The notes below the pieces were generated by a model. It saw only the letters and a list, made by a program, of their open reading frames with translations. It searched no databases and had not been told where the DNA came from. A program made the position numbers and the translations under genes. Shown piece by piece: positions 49,911 to 61,900 of a stretch of 64,000 nucleotides of DNA. Position 1 is the first letter of the stretch; the number at the start of each line of letters is the position of its first letter. The DNA lies in the NCBI RefSeq assembly GCF_031769215.1, contig NW_026782136.1, forward strand, positions 310,001-374,000, written 5' to 3'. The stretch is from Ylistrum balloti (lineage: Eukaryota).

Positions 49911-49985
49911 ATGCAAATCGATAACTCGAAAGATAAACAACCGAAAAGAAGGAAAAACCGAACATGGGCCGAGGCTGCGAAGATA
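49911..49985 (+). CDS. ASXL: ASXL exon 1
   Basis: [25 protein letters not shown]|gtaagt. Confidence 0.95.
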
Positions 49986-52900
49986 GTAAGTCTCAAGATA
50001 CATCCTAAAGTCGACCGTCAACAACAGTTGTCCGATTTTGATATTGCATGGGCAGCTGTCTTAAGGCATTTTCGGTCTGAAAATTTAACGGATCTAGCTT
50101 ATTTTCCCTTACAGAACAACAAAGCCATTGTATTACTGATGGTGATCATGTATGAACAAATCTATCTGAGAAAAGAATACAGTTTTCCATACTGTTGGCT
50201 TACATTTATTTACAAATATCCACGACCACAGCCGATCAGTATTTGCTTCTGGTGAAATCCTTATATGCTTATCGATATCTTGATATATATGTCATCTCTC
50301 CCAAGTTATAGTCAAGCCCTTCTTCATTTAAGATTTATATGTTGATCACGTAAGAAATAGCAATTGTTTTCATCGTTTAGCATAAAAAAACTGCAGCTTT
50401 CTTTCTTCATTTTGTTTGACGATTTATTCCAAGCTGCATGTGGATTCTTGTCATTTGATTATGAACGCCATATCACTGATTTTGATTTGCTTTGGACATA
50501 TTCCCAGCTGTTAGAGAATAAAGAACAGATTCTTTTAAGATTCCCATGTGTAACTGACAGAAATGAAAGTTAGCTTGCTGTCAAAATATGTCAGAATAAA
50601 TATTTACTTAGTAGATAAATAAATTACTGAAAAAGAAAAGAAATAGCTCAGTCCATATCAGGTGACATATCATATGTATTAAGGTTGATATATATATATT
50701 ATAACTATCTGACCGACTGATTTTAGATAATTGCTGCATAGTTAAGGAAGTGACTTATTTCTTTCCAATTTTCTGCTTCACTGATTACACATTTTCCCTG
50801 ATCATGATTTTAAGGTTCATCCCTTTTAAGAAATAAATATGTCTAACAACAATTAGGAAGAAAATGCAAATAGTTGTACATGGAAGCTTCTCCAAAAGAA
50901 AAATTGAAAGTCAGTGTCTATTTAATGTATTTAAAATATCAAACACATTGGATGCAAGCTGTAAAATTGATGATGGATGATTTCTATGCTAAAATAAGTA
51001 TATTGGTTTTCTCTTGCCAAGTGTTGAGCTGAGATTTTTATCAGATCTCACTTAAAGGTATTTAAGGTCAGGAAATACCTCCATAAGTAAGTTTGCTTCC
51101 TATATCACTGCTATTTGGCATATATGTATTCATTCAATTTCTGTTTTACATCTTGGAATAATTTGTGGTCCCCCATCCCACCCCAGTTGAAGACAAAAGC
51201 CTTCTTGCATCAGAAGAGCTGACTGAATTATTGAAAAGTCTATACTTCTATAAGTTACAACTCATCACATCTCTGTACCATTGTCTAATTTAATGCTGAA
51301 GGTCTATATTTTTTTTATTTTAACACATTTCAGATTTTCCAGTCTTTCCATCAAAACTCACATCATATTTTTATTTTTATGTAAATTCAGTTTCTGTAAA
51401 TTGTAAGTTTAAAATTAATTGGTCAATGAAAAATTAGCCAATCAAACATTGACTTGGTATATGCTAAAACATAACCAGTTGAAACAATAGGGATAACAGA
51501 CCATTCTTTGCAAGCAACCAGCTTTTGGTGACTGTGAGAACACCAAATTTTAGAAATTTACAGAAAATGAGACCTGCTTTATTGATAAAACAGATGTACA
51601 ACCTTGTCATTTTACTGATCAATAACTCAATGTAGACGGTAAACTGTAAGAGATAGTTTTCCATTTGATTTTGTCTTTTACATTTGTTTGAATGTTACAA
51701 AAGAAATCTGAAAAAAATTGAATGATTTAGATTGAAGTTTTACATAGATACTAACAGAACATTATGATAAAAGTCACTACTATGTTGAACATTTGAATAA
51801 TTGTCATTTATTCCAAATTTCATTGTATTTTATTTTAGGTATTGGAGAGAAATGCACAGATTCCTATGAGCTACAAAGCTATTCTACAAGCAATCCAAGA
51901 TGATAACTTAAAGGATATCAGGTAATTATAAATCATATTGTTAAATAGAATCGTTAATGGTTGCTATATTCAGTACCAATTCTATAAATCTTATTTGGAC
52001 ATGACATCTGATAGTGATTCATGCTGTCAATTTCTGCATTTATTACTGTTTTGATTCATACACAGCAAATTTTTAGCAGTTTCAAAACCAAGAGTATTAA
52101 GTTGTTGTTTCTTTTGATTATTTTCTTTTCGTTTTTGAGATTTAACGTCCTTGTTACGGTTATAACCGAGTCTAGGACACATATATATATATAAGTTGTT
52201 GTTCATTTTGTTTTTGTTTTTTATCTTAATATTTTAGTACTTATATTTTGTTAGCAATAGACCATTTAGAATGTAGGAAGTGAGTAGATGAGATATCCGA
52301 GATTAACAATTTTTAAGATTGTAGCACATTATGATATATGAACATTGCTTGCCTTTTTCCAGTGGGTCTGTGCCCTTGGCATGCCTAAATTCCTGTCTCC
52401 ATGCGTACTCCAGAGGAAAAGATTCTGTCTTCTACAAGGTGGCCGGAAGATCAGGGGTGTATGGACTAATGGTATGTACAGTTAACAAATGAAGGTTTCT
52501 GTCTGATATAAGGAGGTTGGTAAATGTATAGACTATATATGTATAGTGATGCATATACTAATGGTACATACAATTATAATGTAACAAATGTTTTATTGTA
52601 GTGAGAGGGAAAGTTTTCATCTTCTACAAGGTAGCCAGTAGATCAGGGATGTATAGCAAAACTAATGATACTTAAAGTTATAATGTTACAGAAGTCTTAT
52701 TTTAATAAGAGGGAAAGTTTCGTCTTATAGAAGGTGACTGATAGAACAAGGGTTTATAGACTTATGGTACATACAGTTATAAGGTAACAAATGTCTTATT
52801 GTAACGTGAAGGAAGGTTTTTGTCTTCTACAAAGTGACTGGTTGATCAGAGGTGTACGGACTAATGGCACTCACAGTTATGAAATGTCCTTATATAACCA

Positions 52901-55900
52901 TTTGGTTTTGAGTGTAATATTGTTATTCTAGTTTAATGTTTGATTGCTGGTTTTTGATACCTGCTATACATATTAAAACATTGCCTGAATTACGCCTTGA
53001 TATATAAATCTAAGTTATGGCTGTTGAAGAGCACAACAACGATTAAACATGTATATGTGGATGATAGTAAAGATTTCTTTTATATGAGTGTGATAGAAAA
53101 CTGAGGTTCTGTCATTTCAATAAAATGTGCATGACATTTAAGAGAAAACTATTGAATAAAATCCATTTTTTATGCAACAAAGATGTAATATTCTAACTTT
53201 ACCTGTGTCTCAATAGAAAAGTTTACAGACTTCAACGGAGAAATAGAAAGCATGGTTCTGATTGGTCAATACTGAAAGAAAGCATTGATCTGATTGGTCA
53301 ATACTGAAAAGATATCATTAATTTATCTTATTCTTGTTGTATGTAGGGTGATCGACCCAGTGGTTCTACACTTCATGAAGTACCAGAAGAGAATGAAGAC
53401 GATGATGGCAGGGACCGACCCTTCAAGGAACGCAGGAAGGAAAATGGTATTATTTCATGTTTCAAAACTTGAATTATGACCTGTACTTCCCAAATGATTA
53501 TTGTAGGTTTCTGGATTAATGGGATTGAATGGAATGCTTTGCCCCTTTCAAGTCCATGCATTCATATTTCATTCTTGAAAAACCAGATAAAATTCAAGGT
53601 CCACTCCTGCTAAGATTGTGGTAATCTTTGGTCAGTAGTGTAGAAGATCATCCTTGACCACTTTTGAAATTAATGCTTGTACAACATAACTTGTTCAAAC
53701 CCTTTACATATTGACACCAGTCCATCACAACCTCAAGTTCTACACCTTATTAGATTGTGGTAATCTTTGGTCAAGGTGTAAAAGATCACCCTTGACTTCT
53801 TTTGAAATTAAAGCTTGTGTACACGATAACTTGTTTAAACTCTTTACATATTAACAGCATTTTATCACAACCTCAAGTTCTACACCTGATTAGGTCTTTG
53901 TTAACATCTGTCAAGGTTAAAGGTCACACTTGGTTATTGTTGAAATAAAAACATCATGAGGTGGGAATATATTTAGAGAGGCTCTCCTCTTTTTGTTTTA
54001 GAATATAAAAGTATTGCTGTATTTACATTTACTGTCATTATATTCCAAACTATATTATCATTCATGTTATTTTTTAGTGACAGGTGAGGAAATCAAATAC
54101 GTTGTGTATAATATGAGTGAAAATCTAAAAACTTAGCTCTTTGATGGAACAAGTTACAAATACTAAAGGTTTTAGAAAGAGAAGTTTAGTGTCATAAATT
54201 GTTATTTGCAGTGATGTTTGTAAGTTTACCTTCCTGGGTAAAAACAATTCCTCCATCAGAAGACGATGATGAACAATCTAATGGTGATGCAGATGATGTA
54301 GTAGAGCCAGCAGACACTAAGGAAAGCCACCACACATCCTCATCTGTGTCGTCAGGGACAAGCATATCCTCGCATGTCAACCACACCCTGAGACGAAGTA
54401 TGCGACAGTCTTTACGCCAAAAACAGAAGAAGAAACAAAACGACTATCCCAGAATCATTATAAAACCTATTCCACCTCCTGACAAGGAGAAAGAAGTAAA
54501 GACTGTCAAAGGTGAATTGTCCATCATGTTACTAGAATAGATGTAAGGCGCGAAACTATCAAATACCTGCTTGTTAAGTTATAACATTATTGCTGACTTA
54601 GTACAATCTCCATTTAGTTACCCCCCTGATTTGAGATCATATGGGAAATATTTTAATTGCCCACATCCATTCCTCCTACTTCTATCCCCACATAAAACTG
54701 TGTTCTGTTGGGTTGGTTCTGCTCAAATTTATCCATGAAATTTGCTACTTCAGAGGAAGTACTTGCTTTCGGACAACCTCATATCAGGAGGTCAAGGTCA
54801 CTGTTAAGATAAATAGAAAATTCTGTTTTTGCATAATATCATGAGTAATCTATTCAATCTTTGTTTTTAAATACTATGTTATATATATAATATATATATG
54901 ATGCATTTATAATCTAACTTGTTCAGATGGAAATACAGAAATGGAATCAGAAAACGATGGCAGTCTGCAAAATGGTGATAGCAAATCTGACAGCTCTGAC
55001 AGTGGTAAATCACCAGCACCGTCTTCAAAGCGTCCTCAGACTATGAGAGAAATACTGGCTGGGATTCCTGGATTTAGTATGAAGGTACAGTCCAGTGTTA
55101 ATGTTCTACAAAGAAATTTCAACTGCTTATTGTAATAACCATCCACTCACCACAATCATTTTATATTAGACTACATGTATCTTTGATTAGGTACCAAGAC
55201 CATTACTGTAGTCACTTTATATATGTACCTGTCCATTTTATTTTTCTAAATTCCTCAAATTTTGGGTCAAATATACAGATTATTAGTGACAGAAAGGTAG
55301 ACCCCCAACTAATGGGTAAGAGTGTTGGGTCATTGGCAAATTTTTTAAAACAATTTTCTGGTATAGGCGGATCACTTCAGAACAAATTTTAATGCATGAG
55401 GTATTTGAGACAGATAAGCGTGACTTAATAGGAGATGTTGGATATTCTGAAAGATATAAAGTCCAGAATTGCTTGCTATAGTTTTACTAAAGTTGCTGAA
55501 GGACTTTTTGGTGAAGATACATGCATTTTTCCAAAATTATTTGATGACTGGTAATCATTACTGATTCTATAACTTTGATGTTTTTTTTTGTTATTTTTAG
55601 CCCCGAAGGAGGCCTCATAAAAAGTTAAGCCATGCTGCACAAATTGCCCAAACAAAAGAAGGCTGTATTGATTTGGAAACTCCAGACTCCATTCTTTGTA
55701 ATACAAACCTAAGAGTAAGTGTTGGAGATTTTAAATCCAGAAAGTGCGTGTTTGTAATGCATTGTTTCTATACAAAAGGTAAAATTAATTAAATGGAATA
55801 TTGTATGATTATAAACAGTAAAATTATGTACTGTCGTTTCTGTAGTAAATGAGAATTCTCCAGTGATTGTCAAAGTAAATTTTGTGCTCACCGTTGATAA

Positions 55901-58900
55901 CAACCCTTTTCAGATTTTCAACAATGACTGTTACATTTCAGAATTTGATAGACAAGAGAATGTTCTCCAAACTGCCAAGCCAGTACCAATACAAACTATT
56001 ACATTTTTTACCTGAATGTGACAGATATGTGGGACAGGACAACACTCTTCGGTATGTTAACACATGTTTAGTGGTCAATACCCTTTGGTATTATAATGCA
56101 TGTTTCACAGGACAGCATCCTCCAGTATGTTTAGACACATGTTTTACAGAACAATGCCCTCCAGTATGTTTAGATACATGTTTTACAGAACAATGCCCTC
56201 CAGTATGTTTAGACACATGTTTTACAGAATAATGCCCCCCAGTATGTTTAGATACATGTTTTATAGAACAATGACCTCCTGTATGTTTAGATACATGTTT
56301 TACAGAACAATGCCCTCCAGTATGTTTAGATACATGTTTTACAGAACAATGCCCTCCAGTATGTTTAGATACATGTTTTACAGAACAATGCCCTCCAGTA
56401 TGTTATGATACATGTTTTACAGAAAAATTCCCTCCAATATGTTTCGATACATGTTTTACACAAAAATACCCTCCAGTATGTTTAGATACATGTTTTACAG
56501 AACAAGTCTCTCCAGTATGTTTTGATACATGTTTTACAGAACAATGCCCTCCAGTATGTTTAGATACATGTTTTACAGAACAATGCCCTCCAGTGTGTTT
56601 AGATACATGTTTTACAGAACAATGCCCTCCAGTATGTTTAGATACATGTTTTACAGAACAATGCCCTCCTGTATGTTTAGATACATGTTTTACAGAACAA
56701 TGCCCTCCAGTATGTTTAGATACATGTTTTACAGAACAATGCCCTCCAGTGTGTGATACATGTTTAGATACATGTTTTACAGAACCCCCCCAGTATGTTT
56801 AGATACATGTTTTACAGAACAATGCCCTCCAGTGTGTTTAGATACATGTTTTACAGAACAATGCCCTCCAGTATGTTTAGATACATGTTTTACAGAAAAA
56901 TGCCCTCCAGTATGTTTAGATACATGTTTTACAGAACAATGCCCTCCAGTATGTTTAGATACATGTTTTACAGAACAAGGCTCTCCAGTATGTTTTGATA
57001 CATGTTTTACAGAACAATGCCCTCCAGTATGTTTAGATACATGTTTTACAGAACAATGCCCTCCAGTGTGTTTAGATACATGTTTTACAGAACAATGCCC
57101 TCCAGTATGTTTAGATACATGTTTTACAGAACAATGCCCTCCAGTATGTTTAGATACATGTTTTACAGAACAATGCCCTCCAGTATGTTTAGATACATGT
57201 TTTACAGAACAATGTCCTCCAGTGTGTTTAGATACATGTTTTACAGAACAATGCCCTCCAGTATGTTTAGATACATGTTTTACAGAACAATGCCCTACAG
57301 TATGTTTAGATACATGTTTTACAGAACAATGCCCTCCAGTATGTATAGATACATGTTTTACAGAACAATGCTCTCCAGTATGTTTATATACATGTTTTAC
57401 AGAACAATGCCCTCCAGTATGTTTAGATACATGTTTTACAGAACAATGCCCTCCTGTATGTTTAGATACATGTTTTACAGAACAATGCCCTCCAGTATGT
57501 TTAGATACATGTTTTACAGAACAATGCCCTCCAGTATGTTTAGATACATGTTTTACAGAACAATGCCCTCCAGTATGTTTAGATACATGTTTTACAGAAC
57601 AATGCCCTCCAGTATGTTTAGATACATGTTTTACAGAACAATGCCCTCCAGTATGTTTAGATACATGTTTTACAGAACAATGCCCTCCAGTATGTTTAGA
57701 TACATGTTTTACAGAACAATGCCCTCCAGTATGTTTAGATACATGTTTTACAGAACAATGCCCTCCAGTATGTTTAGATACATGTTTTACAGAACAATGC
57801 CCTCCAGTATGTTTAGATACATGTTTTACAGAACAATGCCCCCCAGTATGTTTAGATACATGTTTTACAGAACAAGGCTCTCCAGTATGTTATGATACAT
57901 GTTTTACAGAACAATGCCCTCCAGTATGTTATGATACATGTTTTACAGAAAAATTCCCTCCAATATGTTTAGATACATGTTTTACAGAACAAGTCTCTCC
58001 AGTATGTTTTGATACATGTTTTACAGAACAAGGCTCTCCAGTATGTTTTGATACATGTTTTACAGAACAATGCCCTCCTGTATGTTTAGATACATGTTTT
58101 ACAGAACAATGCCCTCCAGTGTGTTTAGATACATGTTTTACAGAACAATGCCCTCCAGTGTGTTTAGATACATGTTTTACAGAACAATGCCCTACAGTAT
58201 GTTTAGATACATGTTTTACAGAACAATGCCCTCCTGTATGTTTAGATACATGTTTTACAGAACAATGCCCTCCAGTGTGTTTAGATACATGTTTTACAGA
58301 ACAATGCCCTCCAGTATGTTTAGATACATGTTTTACAGAACAATGCCCTCCAGTATGTTTATATACATGTTTTACAGAACAATGCCCTCCAGTATGTTTA
58401 GATACATGTTTTACAGAACAATGCCCTCCAGTATGTTTATATATGGTTTTATTGGACAACGCCCTCCATTATTTTTACACAAAATGTTTTACTTGACAAC
58501 ATTTGCCTATATACGTAGGAGGGCTTTGAATTTGTAGATTTGTGAAAAGTATCTTACTAAAGCTCATCGATGTACTGCCAATTATCTGATGAGAATTGGA
58601 ATATTTTTGGATACTACATGTTTTATATGTACTTTGTCAACATTAAAAGAAAGAATAAAAGCAGTATTATACAAGAAGTCTCACCTAATCATCTTAATGT
58701 TGTCTTTACTAGAAACTTTCTCATTAATTATTATGTTCCAGGTTAAGTAGCACAGCATTGAACAATGAATTTTTCAATAAATCCTGCCAGGAATGGATTG
58801 AAAGGCTCTCGCAGGGTAAGTATAATTCAATTTGTCATTGTAAACTTTATATGTACCTCAAACTAACAACTTTGTGAGGATTTATTTCTGTCCTCTATAA

Positions 58901-61900
58901 ACTATTCATGAAAACAATGTGAAATCTGAGAAAAGCCTATGGTTATTGGTGTTATTCCAACATGTGATAATATTAACAGAACTAGCGATTGATCTGTAGA
59001 CTGTGAACATATGGTAGGAAAAACATTGTATGCAATCATGACAGGAATAAAAATGTATGCAAACATGGTAGGAAAAACATTGTATTCAAAATATCTACTT
59101 TCTAGACACTATTCAGTGGAAAAAATTGTAAGTGCGAAAATACAAATCTTCAGTATGTTAAATGATTCCTGAAACAAAACAGATCCAAATTACACATGTG
59201 TTGACATTATAGGAGAGTTCACACCAGAAAACCAGATGCGTATAAAGCAGGAAGAAGAGAGGGAGCTAAGTAAACTGGATCCTTGGAAGGTAGAGTTATA
59301 GTGATTCCTACAGTATTGTTCTGTAAAGAAATTTTATAACAAAGGTTTATAGGAGAATTTTAGGACCAAAGAGAATAAAATGTGATAGGATTTTGTCAGT
59401 ATCTGAAATTATCATTATTATGAAATGCTCCTTGTCCACCTGCTTCACTTCTTGTCGAAAAAAAAAATTTCTGTTTCTATTTCTCTGAAAATGTACTACA
59501 GCAACCGAAGAAGGTTTTCTAATTTGATCATAGAATGTACACAAGTTTTAACCATGACAGAAATTTGAAAAAAATATCTCAATTTTACAGTTAATAAAAA
59601 ATTCAAATTTTAGCATTAATCATTCCATCTCATAAGCATTTAACTCTTTTCTGTTTTACAGGCAAAACATTTTGAGGAAATGTGGGGGAAAAGGTAAGAC
59701 ATTTTGCTATATGGCTGGAGGGGTTACGTCCTCTGTTAAGATATTTACATTGTTCTATAAGGATCAGGAGGTACATTCATCGTTAAGATATTTACATTGT
59801 TCTATAAGGCTTCAGGGGGTACATTCACCATTTAGATAGTACATTCTCTGTTATGATATTTATACGTGCTGTATGTCTTAAGAGAGTACATTCTCTGTTC
59901 AGATATTTACATGGAGCTGTGTGTCTGTAGAGGGTACATTCTCTGTTAAGATATTTATACTGTGCCTTATCTCTTTAGGGGGTACATTCTCTGTTAAGAT
60001 ATTTATACTGTGTGGTATCTCTTTAGGGGGTACATTCTCTGTTAAGATATTTATACTGTGCCTTATCTCTTTAGGGGGTACATTCTCTGTTAAGATATTT
60101 ATACTGTGTGGTATCTCTTTAGGGGGTACATTCTCTGTTAAGATATTTATACTGTGTGGTATCTCTTTAGGGGGTACATTCTCTGTTAAGATATTTACAT
60201 TGTGCTGTATGTCTTAAGAGAGTACATTCTCTGTTCAGATATTTACATGGAGCTGTGTGTCTGTAGAGGGTACATTCTCTGTTAAGATATTTATACTGTG
60301 TGGTATCTCTCTAGAGAGTACATTCTCTGTTAAGATATTTATACTGTGCTGTATACCTCTAGAGGGTACATTCTGTGTTAAGATACTTGTGTGATGCTGT
60401 ATACCTCTAGAGGGTACATTCTGTGTTAAGATACTTGTGTGATGCTGTATACCTCTAGAGAGTACATTCTGTGTTAATTCTTGTGTTATGCTGTATATCT
60501 CTCTAGAGGGTACATTCTCTGTTAAGATATTTATACTGTGCCTTATCTCTTTAGGGGGTACATTCTCTGTTAAGGTATTTGTGTGTGCTGTATACTCTCT
60601 AGAGAGTACATTCTGTGTTAAGATATTTGTGTGATGCTGTATCTCTCTAGAGTGTACATTCTCTGTTAAGATATTTATTGTGTGATGCTGTATACATTCT
60701 CTAAGAGTGTACATTCTCTGTTAAGATATTTATACTGTGCCGTATCTATTTATGTGGTTGATTGTATGTTATTATATTTATACTGTGCCTTATCTCTTCA
60801 GGGGGTACATTCTCTGTTAAGGTATTTACATTGATGCTGTATACCTCTAGAGTGTACATTCTCTGTTAAGATACTTACGTGATGCTGTATACCTCTAGAG
60901 TGTACATTCTCTGTTAAGATACTTACGTGATGCTGTATACCTCTAGAGTGTACATTCTCTGTTCAGATACTTATGTGATGCTGTATACCTCTAGAGTGTA
61001 CATTCTCTGTTAAGATACTTGTGTGATGCTGTATACCTCTAGAGTGTACATTCTCTGTTAAGATACTTACGTGATGCTGTATACCTCTAGAGAGTACATT
61101 CTCTGTTAAGATACTTACGTGATGCTGTATACCTCTAGAGTGTACATTCTCTGTTAAGATACTTATGTGATGCTGTATACCTCTAGAGAGTACATTCTGT
61201 GTTAAGATACTTGTGTGATGCTGTATACCTCTAGAGGGTACATTCTCTGTTAAGATATTTACATGATGCTGTATACCTCTAGAGAGTACATTCTCTGTTA
61301 AGATACTTACGTGATGCTGTATACCTCTAGAGTGTACATTCTCTGTTAAGATACTTACGTGATGCTGTATACCTCTAGAGAGTACATTCTCTGTTAAGAT
61401 ATTTACATGATGCTGTATGGCTTAAGAGTATGTATTTACTTTGTTGGGAATCTGTGCCTCTCTCTCTTAACAGAGAGTTGTAGTAATCATTTGAACACAG
61501 CTGCGAACAAATCAATAATGCTACCTAACGTAACATACTTGTCAGACAAGATACTTGTGCAAAATGGGTCATTGGTTGCCATTAGATAGGATATTGTATA
61601 ACATCAAATATAAGTTGGTACTCTCTTTGGTAGTTTAAACCTAAGACACCTGTCTTGGATACTACACCAATACCTGTGCACATACAGAATTCTTTTAATT
61701 GGATTTTTGTAGTTTGTGAAAATTACAAAATCATGGAAAGTTTGAATGCATCAAACATCTTTATGTTATGCCTATTTGTAGTTGATGTTTTTGAGTTGAG
61801 GTATATGAATGCCTTACTTGTTTTTCATTATATTAAAGTCATTTGTCTTGATTTCCAGAAATGTTGGGTATGAAGTTCCAAAAGCAGACCTTCCATCACC

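Noticed and set aside
56760-58496. 578-aa Cys-rich ORF ([13 protein letters not shown])n, resembling metallothionein or keratin-associated proteins
   Set aside because: It is the translation of a 39-bp intronic minisatellite between ASXL exons 8 and 9. Several frames are open, as expected for a unit divisible by 3.
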